A DNA stretch of 64,000 nt from Octopus sinensis (taxonomy: Eukaryota), in NCBI RefSeq assembly GCF_006345805.1, contig NC_042998.1:197284001-197348000 (forward strand), given 5' to 3'. The position numbers and the translations under genes are program-made. Shown piece by piece: positions 36,828 through 49,244 of this stretch; within the stretch, counting starts at the first letter, position 1; each line of letters starts with the position of its first letter. Under the pieces are notes generated by a model. That model saw only the letters and a list, made by a program, of their open reading frames with translations, was not told the origin of the DNA and made no database searches.

Positions 36828-36903
36828 TGGAATGATAGGAGATGATTTGATGGAAATTTGATACTATTTCCAGCAGATTAAGTAACAACATCCTTTGTTG
36901 ACT

Positions 36904-37220
36904 TCATCATCATCATCGTTTAACGTCCGTTTTCCGCGCTAGCACGGGTTGGACGGTTCGACCGGGGTCTGGGAAGCCAGGGGCTGCTCCAGGCTCCAGT
37001 CTGATCTGGCAGAGTTTCTACGGCTGGATGCCCTTCCTAACGCCAACCACTCCGCGAGTGTAGTGGGGCTTTTTAACGTGCCACCTGCACAGGTGCCAGG
37101 GGGGGTCCGGCATCGGTCACGATCGGTTGGAGCTTTTAACGTGCCAGCGGCACGGAAGCCAGCCAAGGCGGTGCTGGCAACGTTCGGATGGTCTTTTTAT
37201 GTGCCACCTGCACAGGAGCC
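36904..37220 (-). mobile_element. RTE 3' UTR fragment
   Basis: (CAT)n followed by the reverse complement of the RTE 3' end. Confidence 0.8.
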
Positions 37221-37267
37221 GGACTTGTATATCAAATCTAGTGTGTATGTACATAAACATATGTAAA

Positions 37268-37515
37268 TATGTATATATATTAATTTACAGCTTCAGATCA
37301 ACCCTGATCATGATCAAAGACATTCCAGCCATGACCAGCTTGTCTTTATTCTTTATGTCTAAACTTAAATTATCTTATCTGTCCTCCCTCTTTCTAAGAT
37401 AGTAAGATGTGATTTGAGGGAATTCAACAGTTATTTCTGGAGAGCTTGGTGCTTATTAGGTTGACCAAATATCTGAAGGAATTGCAGGTTTGTAGCCCCA
37501 GACCTCTTAGCATAG
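37268..37515 (+). repeat. unclassified interspersed repeat; close copy at 42822-43063
   Basis: AGCTTCAGATCAACCCTGAT...GACCTCTTAGCATA shared in direct orientation. Confidence 0.7.
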
Positions 37516-38064
37516 CTTTCTGACAACAAAGTGTTCCTATGTATATATTTGAGGAGCATCTTCAGTTTTTCAAAGGGATCTCTAACCCAGATTTTTAATC
37601 AAGGCAAAGACTTGGCCTAATTTCTCTGGTGACAGCCAGAGACTATGAATTGGGCTTAGTTTTTTTTTTCTTTTTACCTTTTTTGTTTAAGAGATCTCAA
37701 ACTCAACATTTTCCCCGACTGCAGATATATGTGTGTGTACACATGTATGTTTATTTTTACATCTATTTTCCCCCAATGAATATGGGCTACACTATATATA
37801 TATATATCAGCTATGCTTTTAGGAAGACATGGTCAGTTAAAAGCAAGCAAGCGTCCAGTAGAGTAATGTACATAGGGCAGACATCAAATCAGATAAAGCA
37901 AGGGAGAGGGGTTAAAAAGTCAATGACTTGATGATACTTGAGGATAAGATAGAAGGGATTATGAGTGATAGTGATGCGGCTGGTGGTAGGACTCTATTGG
38001 TGGTCTAAAAAGAATACCAAAAGTACTGGACCTTGATATCCACAACTGAGGACAGAAACTAACA

Positions 38065-38320
38065 TAATCATCATCATCTTTTAACATCCGTTTTCCATGC
38101 TGGCATGGGATGGACAGTTTGACTGAGGACTGGGAAGCCAGGAGGCTGCACCAAGCTCCAGTCCATTCAGGCAAGGCTTCTACAGCTGGATGCCCTTCCT
38201 AACGCCAACCACTCCAACTGTAGTGGGTGCCTTTTACGTTCCACTGGCACAGGGGCCAGTCAGGCGACACTGACAACAACCATGCTCGAACGGTGCTTTT
38301 TATGTGCCACTGGCGTGGCA
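38065..38320 (-). mobile_element. RTE 3' UTR fragment
   Basis: (CAT)n followed by the reverse complement of the RTE 3' end. Confidence 0.75.
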
Positions 38321-38599
38321 CAACAGAGAAGAACAACTTATTTCTGATACTAAGACAAAAACAGGGATAAATCAACTTGTTAGAAACAACAGATAGCATC
38401 TCCCTTAAATCCCAATCTACTAAATTATAAGAAAAATAAAGATACATTAATGAGGTCTTAGATATACTAGAGAACAAAACATATATGCAACACGTTTGAT
38501 CAGAGGTTTGCTCGAAAAGAGTTAAACTTTCCGTGGAATTTTAATGTTTAGTTAAATTCTGGTATCTTACTGGTTACACATGCTATTTTTTTTTGTTGT

Positions 38600-38880
38600 T
38601 TGTTCCTTCTCGAGCCATGCCTGGCTCATAAGGGCCGGTTTCCCGGTTTCTTGGTGTATAGGTTCCCCACCTGGACGGGACGCCAGGTGAGCTGCAAGAT
38701 ACAGGAGGAAAGAATGAGAGAAGGTTGTGGCGAAAGAGTCAGCAGAAGTTTCGCCATTACCTTCTGCTGGAGCTTAGATGTTTCGCTCATAAACATACAC
38801 ATCACCCGAACTGAGATTCGAAACCGCAATCCCTCGACCACGTGTCCGCTGCTCTAACCACTAGGCCATGTGCCTCCACT
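38600..38880 (-). mobile_element. tRNA-derived SINE, fourth family
   Basis: A box TGGCCTAGTGG and B box GTTTCGAATC at the head; distinct body. Confidence 0.65.
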
Positions 38881-40221
38881 AACACATGCTATATATAACT
38901 TAGTGTTTGCGTATAATGGCACATGAACGGTGTGAAGCCATAATTATTGTACACATACACGTTTGTGTGTGTGACGACAGTAGGACCTTAAATGCAAGCC
39001 TACTGTGTGTGTGTGTGTGTTGGGGGACTGGTAACCAGGGCAAAACTAGTAATTTCTGATTACTCATTATCTTCTCCCTACTTGTTTGAAAGTATAACAT
39101 AGCGAACATTGCTTCATCACTTTGTTACATCATCTTCGGGGAGTAAAAATTGGTCGACATAGTCGTCGCTGAAGTCGAGAGTTTGAAAGTATGGTAACGA
39201 AATTTTCCCTCGACTTTGATCCGATTGTAATTGAGGTGGCTAATAAAATGTCTCGATAGTTTTGGGCCGTTAACAATCAATATTCTTGTCTTTGTAAGAT
39301 TCCAAGTCAAATTTTTTCTCACGCTAAAGTTTTAATTTGATAATTTTCAAATAAGTGATGTCTAAAATGGGACAAAATGAGTAACGAATAATCTCAATAG
39401 TTTCTCCTCTTTAACTGCTAAGTAAGTAAATATATGGGCAAAAAGCTCTAACAGGATATTCTATGTGGAGCTTTTGGATTTCGTAGAATTTCGTTAATTT
39501 CACACTATGTGCCATTTTTTCATGATCTTTTCATCTGGTCTAGATATTTAAGAAAATTTGTAGCATTTCTGATGTCTAAGGATAGATACTGATGTGTATG
39601 AGTCTGTTTTCCTTTTGTAAATCTGGAGAATTGAAGCGATAAATTTACTTTATCTTCTCGTATTAATTTTACCCCAGCTAAATTTTGTCTTTTATATGCG
39701 CAAAAGGGAACGGTGACAATTTTCTGAAATAGTATTTCTAATGCGCTTAGAGAGGGGGTCATTTGTTTAGCTGAGATACTTTTGTAATGTAAGTGAACAT
39801 TCGTAAACATTTTTAAAAAATTTTCTCTCAAGTAAAAAAAACGCAATAAATCTAAACTCATTATGCCCCACCCTATACGTGGCAGCCAGAGTTTATAGTT
39901 TTTAGGGAGTTTATAGGGTTTTAGGAGTCTTCACACGAGAGAAAGAGACTTTTACAAACAGAGTATGAGGCACCTGGTGGCTCGAACTGTTAGAAAACCC
40001 AACCAAATCCCTCTCAAAATACAATTATCGTCTTAATTAAGGCGGAATAGAGTGGAAAACGTGGGCCGCCTCCTTCACAGAACTGGAATAAAAACGGTTT
40101 AGAATTGCCTTTGGAAGTAAGTTTGGTAAATGAGCGTCGAACTGGGGTTCGGCATTAAAAGAATGTTGTTGTTTAAATTGAAATAAAAGGAGAATAAGGA
40201 ATGATAAGGAAAAGACATTAC

Positions 40222-40224
40222 CAT
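40222..40224 (-). CDS. SEC61B: Sec61-beta exon 1 (initiator ATG only)
   Basis: AACAATATG|GTAATG next to a CpG-rich promoter; exon 2 starts in phase 0 without Met; total CDS 288 nt = 95 aa + stop. Confidence 0.7.
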
Positions 40225-40279
40225 ATTGTTTGGTTGGAGTCGTTCTTTGGAGAGAATTTGGAATGGTGAGGAGTTTTGC

Positions 40280-40420
40280 AACGTAGACGGAAGTGGCACC
40301 TTACGCCCTCTCGCTTGCCTAGAGACGGATACCAAACAAGGTAGATAACTCTGTACACAGCTGACGAATGTGCGCATGTGACCAAGTGGAAGAGTCGCTT
40401 ACATGGTAACTGAAACTTGC
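40280..40420 (-). promoter_or_regulatory. putative Sec61-beta housekeeping promoter
   Basis: Local CpG enrichment; ETS-type CGGAAGTG at 40288-40295; NRF1-like TGCGCATG at 40371-40378. Confidence 0.5.
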
Positions 40421-40423
40421 AAG

Positions 40424-40843
40424 GCGGCGGCGAGCTGGCAGAAACGTTAGCACGTCGGGCGAAATGCGTAGCCGTATTTCGTCTGTCGTTACGTTCTGAG
40501 TTCGAATTGCGCCGAGGTCGACTTTGCCTTTCATCCTTTCGGGGTCGATAAATTAAGTACCAGTTACGCACTGGGGTCGATGTAATCGACTTAATACCTA
40601 TGTCTGCCCTTGTTTGTCCCCTCTGTGTTTAGCCCCTTGTGGGTAATAAAGAAATAGGTATTTCGTCTGCCGTTACGTTCTGAGTTCGAATTCCGCCGAG
40701 GTCGACTTTGCCTTTCATCCTTTCGGGGTCGATTAATTAAGTACCAGTTACGCACTGGGGTCGATGTAATCGACTTAATACCTATGTCTGTCCTTGTTTG
40801 TCCCCTCTGTGTTTAGCCCCTTGTGGGTAATAAAGAAATAGGT
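40424..40843 (+). mobile_element. SINE B head-to-tail dimer
   Basis: Full unit then a headless second unit joined at AAATAG|GTATTTCGTCTG. Confidence 0.85.
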
Positions 40844-40887
40844 AACTGAACCTGCTAGAAACAGCAGTCAAATCCTCCTCGAATCGT

Positions 40888-41260
40888 ATAATAATAATAA
40901 TAATAATAATGAAATTATTGTATACAGTGCTCAGGTGCACCATAACTTGTCAAAAGTGCGTATAAAGCGTATAAAACATATCCTACTGATAGCAAGAGGT
41001 ATTTTTCTGCGACATCCGTATAAACACGTCAACACTTTCTACATGGAGAAATTTCTATGTCAGAGAAAATCTGGAACTTCTGGCACTCTCATAACCTCGT
41101 TTGGTCCTCACAACTTGGATTTATTCATTAGACCAACTGCTGTAGCCGATTATCTAATTTCCTGAGGACATCACTCAAACCACAGATGGCGGCTCATGGG
41201 TGGTTGTTATCCATTTCGACATCACCAAAACCTTTAATTCTGTGCCCAAACCATTGCTTG
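40888..41260. mobile_element. CR1 3' tail (-) fused to an inverted CR1 RT segment (+)
   Basis: 40888-40975 tail; ~41040-41260 encodes FLEDITQTTDGGSWVVVIHFDITKTFNSVP-like sequence, homologous to 13720-13900. Confidence 0.65.
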
Positions 41261-41579
41261 TTGAGTATTTTCTGGTCAGTTGTGACACAGAACACAGTAA
41301 AGTGAATGTTGCCTTTACTTGCTTTTCCCCTTCTCACCAGTCATAGATTAGACCCCTGATATCTAGGCAGGTGACAATGATTACTGTTGCTTAACCCTAG
41401 TCAGCCCTGATCCAGCTGACATGTGGTCAAAAGCATTTTCAACTATGATTATATATTTATATATATACATGTATGCTTGCATATGTATGTGTATTTATAT
41501 ATATACATATATACATGTATGCTTGCATATGTATGTATATTTATATATATACATATATATTTGTGTATTTATATTTAGT

Positions 41580-42284
41580 ACCGCATCGACTGGCCTCCGT
41601 GCTGTGGGCACGTAACAAGCACCATCCGATCGTGGCCGTTTTCCAGCCTCATCTGGCACCTGTGTCGGTGGCACATAAAAACACCATCCGAGCGTGGCCG
41701 TCTGCCAGCCTCGTCTGGCACCTGTGTCGGTGGCACATAAAAACACCATCCGAGCGTGGCCGTCTGCCAGCCTCGTCTGGCACCTGTGTCGGTGGCACAT
41801 AAAAAAACACCATCCGAGCGTGGCCGTCTGCCAGCCTCGTCTGGTACCTGTGTCGGTGGCACATAAAAAAACACCATCCGAGCGTGGCCGTCTGCCAGCC
41901 TCGTCTGGTACCTGTGTCGGTGGCACATAAAAAAACACCATCCGAGTGTGGCCGTTTGCCAGCCTCGTCTGGCACCTGTGTCGGTGGCACATAAAAAAAC
42001 ACCATCCGAGCGTGGCCGTCTGCCAGCCTCGTCTGGTACCTGTGTCGGTGGCACATAAAAAAACACCATCCGAGCGTGGCCGTTTGCCAGCCTCGTCTGG
42101 CACCTGTGTCGGTGGCACATAAAATCACCCACTACACTCTCGGAGTGGTTGGCGTTAGGAAGGGCATCCAGCTGTAGAAACACTGCCAGATCTGACTGGA
42201 CTGGTGCAGCTTTCGGGCTCCCCAGACCCCAGTTGAACCGTCCAACCCATGCTAGCATGGAAAGCGGACGTTAAATGATGATGA
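41580..42284 (+). repeat. RTE 3' UTR containing a 9-unit tandem array (62-64 bp period)
   Basis: Cores at about 41599, 41662, 41724, 41786, 41850, 41914, 41978, 42042, 42106; units 2-9 nearly identical. Confidence 0.9.
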
Positions 42285-42329
42285 TACATGTATGCTTGCA
42301 TATGTATGTGTATTTATATATATACATAT

Positions 42330-42500
42330 ACTACACTCTCACAGTGGTTGGCATTAGGAAGGGCATCCAGCTGTAGAAACTCTGCCAGATCAAGACTGGA
42401 GCCTGGTGCAGCCATCTGGTTCGCCAGCCCTCAGTCAAAATCGTCCAACCCATGCTAGCATGGAAAGCGGACATTAAACGACGATGATGATGATGATGAT
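42330..42500 (+). mobile_element. RTE 3' end fragment
   Basis: Palindrome and (GAT)n tail. Confidence 0.75.
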
Positions 42501-43479
42501 CAGAGAGGTCTTATTTTCAGATCTAGACATTATCAAATATGTCCTTCTTATTTTAAGATGGTACGGTTTAATATGAGAGAGCTTTGACTGCTATTTCTAG
42601 AACAGGTTCAGTTTCAGACAATCCACCATTAGTTCAGTACAATTCTGTTTCTCTGTATATGTATGTGCATACAGGTGTGTATGTGTTTTCTGAAATTTAT
42701 TAAATTTCTTTTGTAGATTTCAAGTCAGTCCTTAACAAAGTGGCAAGGTTCTTGAATTTGATTCAAGACATTTAGATGATTCCTTGTATTTGTTAATATA
42801 AGAATTATGTTTCTTTATTAGCCAGCTTCAGATCAACCCTGATTATGATCAAAGACATTCCAGCCATGACCAGCTTGTCTTTATTCTTTATGTCTAAACC
42901 TAAATCATCTTATCTGTCCTCCCTCTTTTTAAGATAGCAAGATGTGATTTGAGGGAATTCAACAGTTATTTCTGGAAAGCTGAATGACTATATAGTGGCT
43001 TGGTGCTTAGGTCGACCAAATATCTGAAGGAATTGCAGGTCTGTAGCCCTAGACCTCTTAGCATAAAAAACAAACAAACAAAAACAAAAAAAAAGTGGGG
43101 TAGGTTTTCAATCAAAAGGGATCGTAAAAGGGAAAGAAAAAAAAAAAAAACGATCAATAGGGATCGTGTATCACAGAAATGTCATGATGTAAAGTGTAAA
43201 GGGGGAAGCAGATAAGGTTTATCCGTGGGAAGAAAAGCCTATGGAAAAGACCACAGTAACCTCGGTCAATAACGTTACATGTTACATTTGCTTGCAAGTA
43301 GGTAACCCTGTTTTAAATTTTTCTGGGTTCATAGGATTATGCTCAAGGTGGCTTCGTCATCCTTATATACAACTGCATGTGTAGGTATACTTGCAGTCAT
43401 TTAATAGGGTGCATGTTTCTTTTGTACACAAGTACATATTTCATTACCCTTTATGGATGTACATATTTTTATTACTCGG

Positions 43480-44092
43480 TGTGAGAAGACCCGGCAGGAC
43501 AAGTGAGACCATAACCTGTGGCCTTTACCAGGGATGTAGCCAGTCCACTTATGTATACCTTTCCTTCCTTGGACACTAAACTCTGCTTGCAAAGACCTGT
43601 TGGGGCAAGTGAAATCGAAATTGAACCAAATTCGATGAGTGGCACCCATGCCAGTGGAGCGTTAACAGCTTCATCCAAGCAGGATCACTGCCAGAGCAGC
43701 TGTCTGGCTTCCGTGCCAGTGGGCACGTAAAAAGCACCATTTGAGCGTGATCGTTACCAGCGTTGCCTCACTGGCACGTGAATAATGCATTCGAGCGAGG
43801 CTGTTGCCAGTGTCGGTAGAATGACTCCTGTGCCGGTGGCATGTAAAAAACACCATTTTCGAGCATGGCTGATGCCAGAACTGCCAGACTGGCCCTCATG
43901 CCAGTGACACGTAAAAAACACCCACTACATTCTCGGAGTGGTTGGCGTTAGGAAGGGCATCCAGTTGTAGAAACTCTGCCAGATCAAGATTGAAGCCTGG
44001 TGCAGCCATCTGGTTCGCCAGCCCTCAGTCAAAATCGTCCAACCCATGCTAGTATGGAAAGCGGACGTTAAACGATGATGATGATGATGATG
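43480..44092 (+). mobile_element. RTE 3' UTR (long fragment)
   Basis: Begins just after the ORF2 end; several diverged modules; tail. Confidence 0.8.
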
Positions 44093-44211
44093 CATACTAA
44101 CATATGCACATGATTGTATACATACATTAATCTCAGGAAACTCAGATGGAAAATCTCTGGAACATTTTACAAATCTTTCCTGTACAACTTTATTCAATGG
44201 TATTTGGAGTA

Positions 44212-44447
44212 AGGTGGCGAGCTGGCAGAAATGTTAGCACACCGGGCGAAATGCTTAGCGGTATTTCGTCTGCGTTACGTTGTGAGTTCAAATTCCGCCG
44301 AGGTCAACTTTGCCTTTCATCCTTTCGGGGTCGATAAATTAAGTACCAGTTATGCCCTGGGGTCGATGTAATTGACTTAATACCTATGTCTGTCCTTGTT
44401 TGTCCCCTCTGTGTTTAGCCCCTTGTGGGTAATAAAGAAATAGGTAT
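44212..44447 (+). mobile_element. SINE family B
   Basis: Full-length copy ending AAATAGGTATTT. Confidence 0.85.
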
Positions 44448-44749
44448 TTGGAGGATGTGAGTTAGCTCCTGTTGTTCTTTCTCAGAGAACTCCAGCTTTA
44501 TGAAGCTTTTGTGTAAATCCGTTGTTATAATACGCCTGATAGCCTATGGTAAAAATCATTTATCCCCCTCTTCCTTCATCTTATGTTGACCTTTCTATGC
44601 TGGCATGGTGAGAAGGTCTTTCTGAGGCAGTGTTTTACAGTTGTCCTTCATGTTGCCAAGCCATTTGTGACACACAAGGGTGCAATGTACCTATTCATAA
44701 ACTGGAGTACATATGGTACACATCTATAACAGATACAAATTAAAATCTA

Positions 44750-45250
44750 TAATAATAATAATAATGAAATTATTGTATACAGTGCTCAGGTGCACCACAA
44801 CTTGTCAAAAGTGCGTATAAAGAATATGCAGTAATGTACAAATGTCTGGGAAGTAAACAGTGTATGAGTCAGATACATGGGGGGAGAAAATCAGGTGTAG
44901 TGTTGGCGAATCTCAGGAAGCATGGAAGTTTTGAAGGATGCAGTGCTCCGACAATTACCAACTGACAACTGATGCCGGCAATTTGTTCCATGCTTCAGCA
45001 ACTCTTAGCGTGAAAAAATGTTTCTGAAAGTCATGGAAGGAGCTGTGCTGTTTTCTGACTTTGTAAACATGTCCACGGTGTTAGACAGGTGGAGTTTGAA
45101 AAGGTGCTCAGAGTTATTGTTTGTAAGATGGTTAATAATTTTATGGGTGTCTGCCAAGTCAGCTGCCAGACGCCGGAGTTTCAATGTATCCATGTCCAGG
45201 GAAGTAAGGCGTTCAGAATATGGCAAATGCCTGATGGAGGGTATCTATAG
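44750..45250 (-). mobile_element. CR1 3' fragment
   Basis: ORF 45005-45226; (ATT)n tail. Confidence 0.8.
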
Positions 45251-45319
45251 TCTGGATACTAGAGCTGTAGTTCTTCATTAAATGTTCTCCATTCCTCCAA
45301 TTTTAGACAAGACAATCAC

Positions 45320-46225
45320 AGCTGTTGGTTAGCTGATCTCTATGACAGCTTATCTCGGCCTGCTTTTTCTGGCCGAATATGCGATGGTCTATTAATGCTT
45401 GGTCATGTGCCTGTCTACCATGTCAGCGTTCCAAGATGCATTGACACGTGAGAGCACCTCTTGAGCACTTCCAGCCACTGGACACCAGGTTCTGTCACAT
45501 ACACATCGACCTGGCTGGTCCTTGGCCAGTCAGTTGTAGATTTACTTATATATTGACCTGCATCAACCACTTCTCCACAAGTGGACATTTCTACAGAAAC
45601 AGTCACCAGAGTACACATCTCTGGTTGGATATCTCACTTCAGGGTACCCTCTAGAATTACTACTGATCGTGGACGTCAATTTGAAGCTTATCTGTTCTGT
45701 GAGCTTTTGAGATTGCTTGGAGTTCAGCACATCCACACCACAAGTTACTATCTTGCCGCGAACGGACTGGTGGCATGATTCCACTGCCAGCTCAAAGCCA
45801 CTATTCGCACAGCCCCTGACCCTCATCATTGGTCTGAGTTTCTCCCCATTGTTCTGCTGGGTGCCACTCAGCTGTCATGGAGGATTTAGGCTACTCCTCT
45901 GCTGAGCTCCAGTATGGCACCACCTTAGCACTTCCTGGACAAATGTTGGCACCTGTCGACTCACCAAATGTGGCCTCCACATCTTACATCTGCAGACCTA
46001 CCACCAATACTTCCTTGCAATCAATCTATTTCTTCTACTGTACTTTCGGATATTTCTACTTGGATTCACATGTTTGTATGAAATGATGCAGTCAAGGGAC
46101 TACTCTCACCTCCCTACACTGGACCCTATCGTGTTCTTAGAAGCACACCGAAACTGTTCACTGTGGACATTCACGGAAAAAAAGAGACTGTCTCTATCGA
46201 CAGAATAAAAAAAGCTTGTTTCCGA
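45320..46225 (+). mobile_element. Ty3/Gypsy integrase relic
   Basis: CLPCQRSK zinc-finger end, HIHIDLAGP, ITTDRGRQFE, TTSYYLAANGLV, PYTGPYRV; stops and frameshifts. Confidence 0.85.
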
Positions 46226-47024
46226 AACATTTATGCCACTTGCTGACACACCCATCATTCCACAAACACTGCCACCCCCACCCCACAAGCACCACCTCCA
46301 CTCACCAAAACACCAACTGCACTAACGCATTCTTCACCTTAGGACATGCTCCGGTAGATTGGTTCATTGGCCAAAGAAATTACCTCAAACTATTTTCATT
46401 TCTTAACATTGCCTCGCCAGTGACTGGATCACCTCCTTTAATGCCCCCTGTTGTGGCAAGACACCTGCTTCTGTCTCTTTGTCACACACTAACCTTTCAT
46501 CTTCTGACACAAGTTCCCCTCCTCAAATGCCCCTGCCCCTCTCATAATTCCTTGTCTTGTGAGTTACTTGGTTACCCTGCCAGTGTTGGTGGCACGTTAA
46601 AAGCATCCAGTCCACACTGTGACATGATTTGCATTTGGAAGGGCATCCAACTGTAAAAATCATGTCAAAACTAACCTCACCTGTGTTGGTGCAACGTAAA
46701 AAGCACCGAGTCCACTCTGCAGAGTGGTTGGAGTTATGAAGGGCATCCAGCTGTAAAATCCCTGCTAAAACAGACACAGGAACCTAGGGTAGTTTTTCTA
46801 CCTGGCCAGCTCCTGTCAACTGTCCTATCCATGCATTGGATGAATATGTATCAATGCATTGTTTTACAACCAGATTTCCTTTCTGTCACTAGCCTTGGGG
46901 GTCTTGGGTTTGATCTCAATGTGAGTGCCTAGAGTAAGCATCTTTTATTGTAGCTTTAGGGTTGATACTGTTGAATGAAACAGAGGAGGTGGAAGCCCGT
47001 TGGATGAACTGCATTTGTAATTTA

Positions 47025-47208
47025 TCTGGCCCCCGTGCCGGTGGCATATAAAAAGCACCCACTACACTCTCGGAGTGGTTGGCGTTAGGAAGGGCATCCA
47101 GCTGTAGAAACTCTGCCAGATCAGACTGGAGTCTGGTTCACCAGACTTCAGTCAAAATCGTCAAACCCATGCTAGCATAGAAAGCAGACGTCAAATGATG
47201 ATGATGAG
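47025..47208 (+). mobile_element. RTE 3' end fragment
   Basis: One module and tail. Confidence 0.75.
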
Positions 47209-47595
47209 TGCCACTCTTATCACATATTGCGTAAAAACTGATTTTGCCTGAGAATTATGTGTCCATGGAATATTGTCACAACACTGTAAGTTAATGATTA
47301 GGCTGTTTAGAGGATTGAACAACTGCAATACTCACCGAAAACAACAGGAGATCTATTTACACACAGAGATTCCGAAGCACTGTTTGTTTACCAAATCGTT
47401 CATTACATGAATAATTGCAATAAATACAAGAATGTTAATGTGTTGCACGCCTCACCCAAACTCTACATAAATTCATGAAATGTTTGTCCATCCTTCAACA
47501 GCAAATACATAAATGTGTGTGGGTGTTTGCACGTTTTCCTATATGTCTCACTTCTATCGATATGTGGTTATATCTTTAGAAAAAAGAATTCTACA

Positions 47596-47985
47596 TAGGC
47601 GCAGGAATGGCTGTGTGGTAAGTAGCTTGTTTACCAACCACATGATTCCGGGTTCAGTCCCACTGCGTGGCACCTTGGGCAAGTGTCTTCTACTATAGCC
47701 TCGGGCCGACCAAAGCCTTGTGAGTGGATTTGGTAGACGGAAACTGAAAGAAGCCTGTCGTATATATATGTGTGTGTGTGTGTCTATGTTGTCCCCCCAA
47801 CATCGCTTGACAACCGATTGTGGTGTGTTTACGTTCCTGTAACTTAGCGGTTCGGCAAAAGAGACCAATATAATAAGTACTGGGCTTACAAAAGAATAAG
47901 TCCCGGGGTCAAGTTGCGCAATTAAAAAAGGCGGTGCTCCAGCATGGCCGCAGTCAAATGACTGAAACAAGTAAAAGAGTAAAGT
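47596..47985 (+). mobile_element. SINE family A
   Basis: Full-length copy. Confidence 0.85.
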
Positions 47986-48381
47986 ATGGCAATCTACAAT
48001 CTTCACGAAATGCGTACATAGATGCTAAAGAACCGTCTACACACAGACACTTCCAGTCATTTATACTCATGTGGAATCTACTTATGTTTTGCTGCTCAAA
48101 CTTGAGCTCATTAGATGAATGCAATTTTCTTTGGAAAAACTGTTCACTACAAAATTTGATCTCTTGGCAATCTATTCACGTATGCTCTTCCAGGACTTAT
48201 GCACGCGTGTACTCATGGTTTGTTGTTTCATATCGTTACACAAATGGGTTCTGCCATATATTTGTGTCATCCACTCATGGTTTGGTGATTAAATTTCAGC
48301 CTGTAATGCAAGTTAAATATTGTCCCGAAAGAACATGCTCTACTTTGTTCATTTTAAGAACCATTTATATTCACGGTACCC

Positions 48382-48413
<32 letters not shown>

Positions 48414-49244
48414 AAACACAGAAATCACTAAAGGCTCAGAATGGCCTCCCTTCGATTGAGAGGGGAAAACTTTCAAAGGTGTATTTATAGTTTTGAAAAC
48501 ACTCCAACACCTCAGTTGTGGTTCTTAGTGGCAATTGTAGAAAAGGTGACCCAGTTTATATACCTTTTGTTACAAGTTTTGTATGTTCTCTTTCTTTAGG
48601 CAAGTAAACTGACGACTGCAAAACTCAATTTACAATTAAAAATCACAGTGGAACACAAAAGAAATATGTGCAAGAGTGGTTTAAAAGGGTTTCCCCCACT
48701 GAAAGAAAAAGCAAAAAAAAACAAAAAACTTCAACCTAATTTCTCATTCTCCCAGGTGCAACTGCACTCTCACAGTGTCCCAATTTGAGTAGGATATCAA
48801 TACCTGGAGCAACTACAAACTCTCAAAAATAATGTAAAACTCCTGTAAATATAGATAAATAATAAAAAAGAATGGTTCAGATTGTGTTATAAGGAACTCC
48901 AAAAGTGGTGAGTTGGGATAATTGTTACTGTACGGAACAAAATGTTTGGTCGCATATTTTCTGGCTTTACATTCTAAGTGTAAATGTTGCCAAAGATGAC
49001 TTTACCATCACGCTTTTAGAGGTTGATAAAATAAATACTAATATAAAACTGGGGTTGATGTAAATGACGTTTTAAAAGTGCTGGCCTTGTGCCAAAGTTT
49101 GAAAACATAAGGAACTCTATGAATCTCCGGTTGAATTGTTGGTAGTAAAGAAACTAACAAAATGATGGCCGGCCAGTTTATGGTGTCGGCAATAGAAGCG
49201 CACAAGAAATTAATTGTTATGTGGCAATGCTGTTCGCTCTTAAA

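Noticed and set aside
41580-42130. CRISPR-like repeat/spacer array
   Set aside because: The 'spacers' are copies of each other, the array is embedded in a LINE 3' UTR of an animal genome, and there are no cas genes
48601-48755. Open + frame between an acceptor-like and a donor-like site
   Set aside because: Largely A-run derived, no homology and no linked exons
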